DNA of 64,000 bases. Source: Lytechinus pictus (Eukaryota). The notes under the pieces are model-generated. The model saw only the letters and a list, made by a program, of their open reading frames with translations. It made no database searches and was not told the origin of the DNA. Where the stretch lies: contig NC_087252.1 in assembly GCF_037042905.1 (NCBI RefSeq), positions 7,132,001 through 7,196,000 on the forward strand. Direction: 5' to 3'. Position numbers and translations under genes: made by a program. This document shows positions 1 to 10,727 of the stretch, piece after piece (position 1 is the stretch's first letter; every line of letters begins with the position of its first letter).

Positions 1-477
1 ATCCTTCCTCTCAAACTTATAACCTTTAACAGAAATCAAGCTATCAGAATGTTCTTTTGTTAACCATGTTTCTGACACTCCTAGTAGATCATAAGGGTTA
101 TTATTCAGCCAACATTGTAAATCAGCAACTTTATTAACAATGCTTCTGACATTAAGATGAGCTAATTTTATACCTTTAATATCTTTTAGAGCAAAATCAT
201 TAGTTTCGGTTGACCTATCATCATGTGCGTCGACAGAAATATTATTACGGTTATACACGACTTCAGTAGATAGATCAGGATCATTCCAAAAAGGTAATAC
301 ACTTTGGAGAATACATTTCGGGCACTGCCAATTTTCAAACAGTTCATCTGAATCATAGGTCTCTCTTGAGACCCCGCCACAAACTATATGTACCCGCTGT
401 GAACATACAGTGCATAACAAAGCCTTTTGATTTATTTTAACAGATTTATTACAAATTGAACATGGGTATTTAATCAT
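1..477 (-). CDS. CR1/L2-group LINE ORF2 N-terminus: PHD finger followed by APE endonuclease (runs off the window)
   Basis: Manual translation from ATG 477 has no stop down to position 1: MIKYPCSICNKSVKINQKALLCTVCSQRVHIVCGG...WQCPKC (C4HC3 PHD), then LAHLNVRSIVNK...LLGVSETWL...KGYKFERKD (APE motifs). Absent from the ORF track because the stop lies outside the window. Confidence 0.88.
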   Translation of the reverse strand, partial: MIKYPCSICNKSVKINQKALLCTVCSQRVHIVCGGVSRETYDSDELFENWQCPKCILQSVLPFWNDPDLSTEVVYNRNNISVDAHDDRSTETNDFALKDIKGIKLAHLNVRSIVNKVADLQCWLNNNPYDLLGVSETWLTKEHSDSLISVKGYKFERKD

Positions 478-847
478 TAAATCTTATGTTGAAATTAGGT
501 TGAGATTTTACTTCCTCCACTCTAAGCAATTTATATACATTAATCATTTTAATTATCAAATATATATACATGAAAAACCCGAATATGTGCAAAATAGCAA
601 CAGCAACAATAACAATAAAATGTAAATTGTCACACTTCAAAACAAGTGAAAAGTATTACGTGTAAGTAATAAATGTAATTTTATACAAATATTCAATAAA
701 ATAAGAACCAAGTTCTAGTGATTAACGTTATTAAAAACAAATCGTATATTTAATAGTGCAATTTAAAAGCAAATAGTAAACAGGAACGCCTGTGTGCTCA
801 AGCGGACCAAGTATTACAGTTCAGTGAATTTGATTGATATTGTTGTC

Positions 848-1341
848 TCATTCCTTCAATTGATCAAGTTTTCCGAGGTCCTTTACACTTGAAAGAGCAA
901 CTCTTTTCCCACTCTTATTCATCGCTGTTACTCTTCCGACTTGAGTCCAGACTTTGTGGACTTGCGGGAGGTTTCCCTTCTTTACTTGCCAGAACAGCTG
1001 AGATCGCTTCCGTGTTAGATTTTCATTGATGTAAATTGAAAGGCCTTCAGCTTAGCCCTAGATGCGTATACAGCCTCTCTTGCCCTGTAGTTGGAAAATT
1101 TGATGATGATATTCCGAGGCTTACGACTACGAGGATCCTTCTGCTTGTTCTCAAGCGCAGCATGGCTGGAAAGGCGGTGAGAACGATCGATGTCCTCTTG
1201 TTTCACTGTAACACCCAGATTCCTCTGGCACACCTCTATGATCTTGGCATCAGTATCTTCGTTTGCAGATTCAGCAATACCACTGAAAATCAGGCAATTG
1301 CGGCGTGAATACTGCTCCGCCTCATCAGCTGCAGCTTCTAG
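848..1341 (-). pseudogene. LINE ORF1 fragment, 5'-truncated with one frameshift; same element as the ORF2 at 1-477
   Basis: EQYSRRNCLIFSGI...DIDRSHRL...PRNIIIKFSNY; after a frameshift near 1040, IYINENLTRKRSQLF...KVWTQVGRV...KE*. These are typical CR1/L2 ORF1 motifs. Confidence 0.85.
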
Positions 1342-1344
1342 AAA

Positions 1345-1592
1345 GACATTTATGTACCATTTTTACGAGGCCGCCATCATATTCAAGCTTAACCGCTCAC
1401 GATGGCGGTCTCCTGCATTCGTTTGAACTGATATTTTCTTTTAATTGAATAATGCTTCTTGGTGATATTTATTTGTCATTGCTTTATTATGAGTATTGTT
1501 TTATTGTTTTGTAAAACTTAAATATGTATCACCTTTGTAGATGTTATGTTGTATATTTATCTTGAATGCAGAAATATGATAAAATAAATCAG
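1345..1592 (+). mobile_element. Severely 5'-truncated LINE, 3' UTR only
   Basis: Hairpin AGGCCGCCATC...CAAGCTTA...GATGGCGGTCT (1368-1411), then a T-rich tract ending AAAATAAATC. Same layout as the LINE 3' UTR near 59225-59419. Confidence 0.55.
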
Positions 1593-1821
1593 TCAACGTA
1601 CTATGAAAATGAAATATGAGTAAACACAAAAGTGAGCTCCTTTTTCAAAATATTTAGCTTTACATAATCATGATAATGGCAATAGGTAGCAGCGATCATC
1701 TTTCTGTGATCTTAAAGTATTACTGTTCGCATCATTTTATGGTATTGAAAAATAAATGTGAATATATCACTTGTAACACACATTAAGTGGTATAAGAAAG
1801 ATATGATATTTTCAATCTTAC

Positions 1822-4698
1822 ATGTGTTTTTTCTAAAATCATTTCCATACTCTTCAGGATGTGATCAAAGTTACTCCGATCTTGGGGTTCCTTGTCCCAG
1901 CAACCAGCCATAACCGCATACATTTGAAATAAATTAAATATGATGTTTAAAAAAAAAGATTACATAAGCGTTTAAGGAAGTATATATAAAATTAATTTCA
2001 AACATGGAATTATTAGAGGGGTATATGCTTAGTACAGACTGAAAATTATATGATTTAAACAGACAGGGATAATTTACACAAAGAAAACACTGGAAATCTC
2101 TTCAAAATCGTACAATAACAAAGGTATGATATTTTAAATTTTGCAGCATTTTTGGTGAAATAGTTGTACGCCTGTCCACTCGAGTATGCAATGAGAAAGC
2201 TGGTTCTCAATCCTTTTTTTAGGATATATGAAATAATATTTATTCATATTTTGTCCGCCTAAAATGAAAAAAAAAACACTGATAAGTTATTTAATTTGTG
2301 AGATATCTATTGCTGTAACGTTTTTGTCAAGAGGAAGACACATGCACATACACGTATAAACATACGGATGAAAGTATGAAAAAAAAAGAATTTCATGCAA
2401 TTACTTAAGAAGACAAAAAATGGGTCAAAACATCATCGGCCCACTTATTGAATATTTATGACGGCGTGCATCAAAAATCGAAATTCAAAAATCTCGACAT
2501 TCGTCAGCTCTTGATGAAATCATCAGCACTTTGCTAAATGATTTTTACTATACTTTAGATGAAAATTATTTTTAACCAGGAGTACCCCTTTAGTATAAGT
2601 CATTCAACTCATGCTTCCTTAGATTGTGCGAAAAATCTCTATCTGTATTATGAAGATTTATTTTTTTAAATGTTGTGAATTTGGAACATAACGGTAAATG
2701 AATTTACGAAAGCAAACAACAAGTGTAATTCTCTATTGGTCAATTTACAATTCTAGTCATCCTTGACAAGCAAGTTTTAGATTTTTTGATAAAAAATAAG
2801 CATTACACTTCTTGTGCACAGTGACGAGGGCGTGGCATCTGGTAACCATTAGCAACCTCCGTCTGAACCGTGCTGACTGCCATATTTGGGTATGGCCTTG
2901 CACCTATCAGAATGTTAAAAGGAACAATGATATATAATGAAGCATCTAAATATTGGATATCTAGAAGTTGCCCAAAATAATCATATATTGTTAGAACTAG
3001 AAGTATGAACATGGTATCAAAGTTTGATTCGTTTTAATGAATATCTCGACGCCGATAACCCCCTGCTCCATGTTTGCATATGTGCCAAAAAAGTAACATC
3101 GCTCGTAAAATCACATGTTCTTTGTTCAGTTTAACAGAGCTAAACTACTGCGTCTGTTGTTATACAGTTTATCAGTCTTCCGAACAGTCACAAGTTTGAC
3201 CATACCTAACCAAAAATAACTTTCATTTGTAGCAATTGTCAATCCGGTTAAAATGTTAAACATCACCCGGCGTTTTATATAGGCCTATCATTAGAATGTT
3301 GATATCATTATCATTCGAGACAAATAAATATATGTAAAATTCTATTTTAATATTTCCGTCACTGTTGTTGATGCTGTTGTAGCAGCAATAGTCATGGTAG
3401 TTTAAAAAGATGTTGTTTTTGTTGTATTTTGCCTTTTTATCATAATTATTTACCAGTTTGTAATCGACCATTGGTAGAGAATTATCATCATTACCACCAT
3501 CATCAAACCCATCATTGTTATTTTCTGATATATGACTAAGATATTAGACATTTACAAACATAACTTTGTGCACACCCTTTCTTACCCAGTGTCACGATTT
3601 CCCACAGTACGATACCAAAAGACCAAATGTCTCCTTCTGTTGTTTCGTCACCCGTTGCCATGGTTTCTGGTGAACTCCATCTAGTTGGTTTCTATATATG
3701 ACGGTGTGCAGATTACAAAGAATCTTGCTATAACAATAATTCAAGCGATTGGCAATTATAATCTGCAATGAACCTATAAAATGTCTTAATACTGGCCGAA
3801 ATAAGCAATAATAGACTGGTATAGTTGCAGGTTGAGGATCAAAGTCAAGGGTCACGTGAGTTAGGGTTCCAGCCTCGCTTCCTTTAATACCATATGGTTT
3901 CATTTAATACCATATATTTTCATCTAAATTGTTAAATAGGAGATAGATCTCTATAGCAAGCCGACAACATAAACATGATTATTGTAAGGCATATTGAGTC
4001 ACACTTACAGCTACGTCACCAAAGATCGATGAAGAAAGTCCATAATCTGATATCTTACATTCCTTTCTTTCTCCTAGCAACACATTATGAGCGCAGAGAG
4101 CGCCGTGGATGATCTGAAGAAAAGAGAAATACACTTGCAACTCTTATTCTTTAGGGTATTCATTTATGTTGATCTTTGTGAAAGTAGACGAATCTCTCGT
4201 CTTACACCTGTGTGAATAACAAAGGAGCGATAAACCGTTCCTATTCCAATTGTATGATTAAGATTACCTGTAATGCTTCAAAACAAAACATAATTTAGGT
4301 TTCCGGAGAGTATGGCTGCCGAAAATATTTTTGAGGATATGGTTGTACAAAGTTGCAACCCTAATTGCCAAAAAAAAAAATTTACTAATCAATTTTTCAA
4401 GTATGACATATAAAGGGTGTTTTTCAGCTTAATAGCCGATTTTTGTTTCAAAACCTAACTGCCTTCCTTTCTCCTCTTGTACCCCCTTTTTTGTTAAGGA
4501 ATCTCATAATAAATACATTCTTAGATGCAAGGAACTGCATCCCTTTAGCAACCTGCCAAGCCAAGTTAAGTAGGGTACCCTCATCAATACGAACACCGTT
4601 TGGTTTGAGATTGGTGTACGTAGGTTGAGATTGCACCCCTGAAGTCTGTAGATGGGTAAGTAGTGTACCCCCTGAGATGAACCCATACAAAATACTGC
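1822..4698 (-). CDS. Receptor-tyrosine-kinase-like gene, kinase subdomains V-XI (predicted pseudokinase). Exons about 4698-4517, 4113-4009, 3691-3586, 2903-2807, about 1922-1822
   Basis: Phase-compatible exons, GT-AG at all junctions except the last acceptor: ILYGFISGGTLLTHL...LLNLAWQVAKGMQFLASKN / IIHGALCAHNVLLGERKECKISDYGLSSSIFGDVA / KPTRWSSPE...DIWSFGIVLWEIVTLG / ARPYPNM...GYQMPRPRHCAQEV / YAVMAGCWDKEPQDRSNF. N-terminal exons were not found in the window. Confidence 0.9.
2017..2589. mobile_element. Kolobok-type MITE in a kinase intron
   Basis: AGGGGTA...TACCCCT termini flanked by TTAG/TTAG (variant of TTAA); degenerate subterminal inverted similarity. Confidence 0.6.
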
Positions 4699-5872
4699 CT
4701 ACATGGATGAATGATATAGTAAAAACAAAGTTAAACTCGGTGTCTTAATGTTTACTAAGGCATAAGTGTTTAGTGTAATCTAGGAAGAATATCCTTAAAT
4801 TAGCAAATGGAATGGATTGTTATTATGTCTTCTCATTTTGTTTTGGTGACAGACCCCCCCCCCCCGTCTCTCTAATACACACACACGCTTTCAATCTCTT
4901 CGAGGGGGTTTCACTCATCAGAAGGTGCAACGTGCCATCTTTTAATTGGTAACTACCTCTGTCTTGTGTCTCGTCGAGATACCTTAGATGAGGGAAAGGG
5001 GCCAACGAACTCTTTACCGATTGTAATAACTATTGATATATTTTTGTTGTTTCCAAGAGAACCAATTATGTTCTTTTACAAAATACTCAAACTATCTACC
5101 AATGAAAAGGCTTACAATATGTCACATGACCACGCCGCGGCTCGCGCGCTCATCAAGAAATTATGTCGACTTTTTGTACCGCACAACATATTGTGCAAGT
5201 GAGCTGTTGAATCTAGGCATACCAGGATCAGGATGGCCGAACTGGAGTACATTTTAAAAGATTTCGGGGAGGAAATCATTCAGATTTTGAAAGGTATGTG
5301 TTTATGGAATTGTACAGATCAAAGCTGAGGAAGAATGGGCCAATGATTGCAATTTGCAACTGTGATTGATTGAGATTGAAAGTACGTTTCAATTGACGCT
5401 GTAACTTTCGCGAAGGAGATCTACGTGTACGTGTGGGTTGAACGTGAGATTAACACAACTGTCCGTCGCATGATGACTAGATCTATCTAGTGGTCTAGTG
5501 TGTGTGAAGGGTTGGACCAAAAGTCACGCACATCATAAAATTCAATATTTTGCAGCATTATGTTCACCTACCATCTGTTGCTACATACTCCGAATATTAT
5601 TTTGTTGCAAAAACACGGCATAAAACTAACAGTAATAACGAAAATCGCAGCGAGATCGAGACCCTAGCTCTCCTCGACCTCGGCTTTGTTGCCTCCAATC
5701 CAGTTCCAAACGCAGGTTGTGGACTGAAGAGGTCTAGCCTATATCTGCGCCGGCGCGGCCCGAACGCTGCAGACGTTCGAGCGTTCGGGCTGTCGCAGTT
5801 AATTCTGGGCAAGAATTTCGCATGCAATTAAGTTACAGTAGGCCTGAGACCAATTAGGTGCCAGTGTGAGTA

Positions 5873-6515
5873 TACCTCGACATTTCGTGCAGGCTCCACT
5901 TCACTTGACACTACCTCTACATTACGCTCCACCTACCCGAACTTCGATACCGTGAACTCTATCAAAAGTATCAGATATTCCAAGTTACAAAGGTGGGAAT
6001 ATAACATCCATGCAACATCACGATCTTTAAAAACAAGACTAATATTCTTTACACCAAGTTTCACTTCTTTTCCATGCTTCTATCAGTCTCAAAATTTGTG
6101 ATTTAGAGCCAACATGAAGTTCCTCACACATATAGATAATTCGCTGCCGTATCGCATGAGCTACCGCCTTACCGGGTCCGGTCCGAGCTCGGACCCTCGC
6201 GCGCGCATGCGATGTTTTGAAATCGGCAGCGGATTATTTATACGTGCGAGGAACTTCATGTATGCTCTAAATCACCAATTTTGAGACTGGTAGAAGCATG
6301 GAAAAGAAGTGAAACTTGGTGTAAAGTAAGAATATTAGTTTTAATTGTTTTAAAGATCGTGATGTTGCATGAATTTTATATTTTCCCCCCATAAAATCCC
6401 ACCTTTGTCACTCGGAATATCAGATAGAGTAATACGGTCTCGAAGTTTGGGTAGGTGGAGCGTAGTGTAGCGGTAGTGAAGTGGAGTGGAGCCTGCACGA
6501 ACTTCGCTCGAGGTA
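5873..6515. mobile_element. Foldback MITE, MULE-like
   Basis: About 280-bp imperfect TIRs TACCTCGA...TCGAGGTA; 9-bp flanks GTGTGAGTA / GTGTGAGTG. Confidence 0.8.
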
Positions 6516-9198
6516 GTGTGAGTGATACACTATACTGCCTTGGCCTTAATTGGGCCTTACGGCTGTGAATAGTGTTACTGTTAGTGACCGGCCAACTAGT
6601 CTAGATCTAGATCTAGACCTAGACTAAACTTAAAATCTAGGAGATGGGTCTAGATCTAAATGTAAAAGATCTAAAACTAAAAGCTAATGTAAGTACAGGA
6701 ACCATAGCCTTTACGCAGAATGTGGAAATTGATAAACTGCTAATTAATGCAAATATATTAAAATCACCAAACAATGCTTTTTTTTTTACTGTAGGTCTAA
6801 GTCCAACTTGACTCAAGATCTGGTAGAGCTTAGTACAGGGATCATAATTTGTGCATAGAATTTGGAAATTCATTAATTTTGCTAATTTATGCAAATTGTA
6901 CTATAAGTAGGCCTACACAGTTTTCCTTTATTGTGCCTTGAACTTTTAGCAGGTGACACGTGTTTTCTGTTAACACTCCATTAAGCGTTTAACCGCCGAC
7001 CGTGCCTGCAGGCACGCTTCCGTGAAATGGAAGCATGTCTTCATGTGACACATTATAAACAGAGTAAAAAACACCTAAGATCTTAGAAATTGGTATCAAT
7101 AGAAAGTATCTAGAGTAAATTCCTATTATTTTGATATGTAATTTGATGATTTTTATGAAGTATTTGTTTATTGTGTATCAAAATGACGTAATAATGTACA
7201 CAAAACGCATACTGATAGGCAGGTCCAGTATAAATGCCCTTTAGTATTTATGTTGAGTGTGTTACCATAGCAACGATTATTGATATAATAAAAACAAGAA
7301 TTTCAATGATAAGAGTAATTCGTATTATTACTTATTTGTTGATTTACAGGATGTCTAATTAAAAAGGAACAAAAAAAAGCAACTGGCCGACCCCGCCCGC
7401 CGCCTCTAAAATAGTATTTTTCCAATTTTGGGGCCCTTTTTTCGCGTGCCGATATTATCTTCATAACTCCAGTTAGGATCAATGGTATTTTGTGATTTTG
7501 GTGTCTACGTAAAGCTGACAATAAGGCCAATCTTATTAGTAGAATCACAAGCTCACAAATTTACATCTTTATCACTAAATTGCATATTCTTTTAAAAATA
7601 CAAAAATTTTATAAATTATCTGTATATTTGGTTACAATAGCAACACACTAAATGAGTTTTCCATCCAAGAAGATTCTGCTAGGATCGAAGGCTCAGGCCC
7701 CTTTTTGACTCAGGTTATTTATTTATTTTTACGAAGAATGCATGATTTTGCCTTTTGAAGTACTGGATCTCATGATATCATGTGACTACATATGTTTTAT
7801 ACTTTCGACATGACAGGAGCATTTCTTCTCAGAAAATGAAGGATTCATTGAGTACAGATTCAAGAATATGAGGCAGAATGACAAACAGGGTAAGAAGAGG
7901 AAGCATGCCAAATCAGATGATCACAAACAAGAAGATGTGATAGTGGATGAGGAATTACTTCAAGATGAAGAATTACAAGAAATGGTGTGAGAAATGTCAA
8001 TCTTGTTACAGTGTTGATTCCTGCAAAATAATATGTGAAATAAGATGGGTGGCTGACTGAAAGACTTGTCTGAGTTTAAATAAACTGATTTGAAAAGATA
8101 ATTCAAGATATTCTTAAAGCACAAATATAGTTTTGGTAAGGAAAAAGTAGAAAAATAAAACTTGCTCTATATTTGAAAAGACATCAAAAGTATTTTCGAA
8201 CAGCTTTCACGCTTTGAACCGAAGTCAGATTAATGATTTTACAATAATTGCACCTTGCAAACTGTACATGTAGCTATTATATGTATATATTTGTTCGAAA
8301 GCCCTCTGAACAATTAAAAAAAGTCAAATAAATTATTAAAAAGTAAAAAAAGAGATTCAAAGCAAATCATTATTGGTCAATGACTTGCCTTGATAATCAT
8401 CTTTCTTTCATTCTCAAGTTTGTTTCATCAATCTGAGTGACAATGCACATTTGGAAAGCTCTAATAGGTGATTTCATGCAGTTAACATTTAAGGAAATTA
8501 TATTGACAAATGTTGTGAAATCTATTTCTCATGTCGATATTGGCATGGTTTCTGTCATTTTGATGATGTAATTGCCATGTCGATGGCATCCCTAGTACGC
8601 ATGCACATCTGTGTAATGTAAGAAATGCAGAATAGCTCAAAATACGAGATCAAGGGGGCACCAAATTAAAGGCGCGTTTAGAAGTAATACAAAGAGTATG
8701 TCCAAGGCAATAAAAGTGCCTTACATGTACATGCAGGTTATTTTGATGGTTGAAATAATACGGTAACTTCTGTCTTTCAGGTTAACTGGATGAAGCACAC
8801 AGTTCCCACTGCAGCAAATAAGGGGAAAATTATCCAATTTTTCAAAGACACTGCTGCTTATCGTCAAATGATGCTGAAGAAGAGGACAGACATGACCATT
8901 TCAGACTTCATCACCACCTTTCCAAGGATACAAGAGATGCCAGAACTTGTAAGTTAACCCGAGCTTTCATGACGACTTATTTAGAGGCCTATTTGATCAC
9001 CTTTTCTTCTGCTAATTGGCAACACTTGTATTTTTACTTCAATGCTCCACGTGTTAAACAAAACATTTGCTTATAATATATCCACTAAGACTTAAATATG
9101 TTTAAAATTGTTATGATTGCCAATTTGTACTGAAAGAACACAGATTCTCACTATGTCTGATTGTTGTCAGTTTAAGGATTTTGATTCTCAGTTCCCTT

Positions 9199-10020
9199 AT
9201 TTTTTGGCCCATCTGAGCCAAAGGCTCAAGTGAGCTATTGTGACCGCTTTTTGTCCGTTGTGCCTACACTTTTTACATTTTAATCTTCTCAAGAACCCCT
9301 GGGCGGATGTCAACCAAACTTGGTGAGGATCATCTTTACGGGGTTTATTCATATGGAGCATGTGCCCCCCCCCCCCCCCCCCAATTGGAGAAAGTGGGTA
9401 AACTTTAAAAATCTTCTCCAGACCCAAAAGCAGTACAGTCATGATCTGTTGAATGTAGATACCTTTATAAATGGAGAATATAAGTTGTTCATGTCAAGAC
9501 CTAGGATGGTCACCTTGGGCTCCTAAAGGGGATGAAAGTTTGGAAAAAGGGTCAATTTGGGAAATTATATTTTCATATTGAATTTCTTTAGAACCAGATA
9601 TCAGATTTCAACCAAACATGTAGATCGTCCTTAAGTGGTAAGGACCTAAAGTTGTTTGTATATGGCATGTGGCAACGTGCCAGGGGTGGTGGGGGGGGGT
9701 CAATTAATTCTTCAGGTACCCAAAAGCTCTACAAACAAGATACGCTGTATATATACATTTATGGAAGAATAAGTTTTTCATGACAATATATAGGCAAGCT
9801 ACTTGGGCCCCTGTAGGTGTAAAAGAAAATAAATGGGGCCGGAGGGGGGGTCGGGTAAATCAGATTGTTATCATCTTCAAAACCAAACGTGATGAGGATC
9901 ATCCATAGGGATAGGGACTTAAAGTTATTCATGTGGAGCAGGGTAATATTTACTAGATAGCATTAAAGATAGAGAATATATGTTGTAAATGACAAAATGC
10001 ATACACTTTTCTCACCAAGA
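9199..10020 (+). repeat. Degenerate Helitron/Helentron-like non-autonomous repeat
   Basis: 5' motif TTTTTGGCCCATCTGAGCCAAAGGCTCAAGTGAGC (hairpin) and loose internal repeats (AACCAAAC...GATC). The 3' end is uncertain. Confidence 0.4.
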
Positions 10021-10145
10021 GAGGAAATTGTACTAGGCTTTCCCGTTAATGTTACAGTTTTTCCTATTTTCTCCACGTGTAAATAGGGCTTTTATTCCAA
10101 TCATATCTAGGGTAGATCCAAAGTTTCTCAAATCATGCATGTTAA

Positions 10146-10727
10146 AGGAGAATTATACCCTTGTAGCAAGTTAGCTTATGTGAAAGTAGAAAAATCAAAG
10201 AATGAAATCAACGAAACTTTGAGTAAGATTGGGCAAGTAATAAGAAAGTTATGAGCATTTGAATGTCAAGATCACTAATGCTAAGGAGACATTGCCATTG
10301 GCAATGCGACCAATATCTGTGATGTCACAGACGTACAACTCTCCCCTTTGGACACTGAAAATATACCCTAAAATATCTCATTTTGCTCATTCTTATGATA
10401 TGACAAACAAATCATCCATGATATAATGCTGTGAAACCTCTGTACTTGTCCTCTCATAAAAGAACACCTCATCTTGCAATAGACTCTATAAAAGAGAGAA
10501 TTTAAGTGATATAAGTATTAAAGTAATGGGGGAGTTGTAAGTCTGTGACATCACAGATCTCGGTCGCATTGTCAATGGGAGGATCTACATGGCATTAGTG
10601 ATCTCAATATTCAGATACTCATAACTTTTTTGTTATTCATTCAATCTGGCTCAAACTTTCAACAATATGTTTCTTTGATTTTTCACTTTGATATGAATTC
10701 AACTGGTTTCTATGGTTTCTTTCTCCT
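10146..10727. mobile_element. Kolobok-type MITE
   Basis: TTAA|AGGAGAA...TTCTCCT|TTAA with about 200-bp imperfect TIRs. Confidence 0.82.

Noticed and set aside
4880..4930. Hammerhead ribozyme (minus strand CTGATGAGTGAAAC)
   Set aside because: No workable stem II or stem III, and no cleavage triplet.
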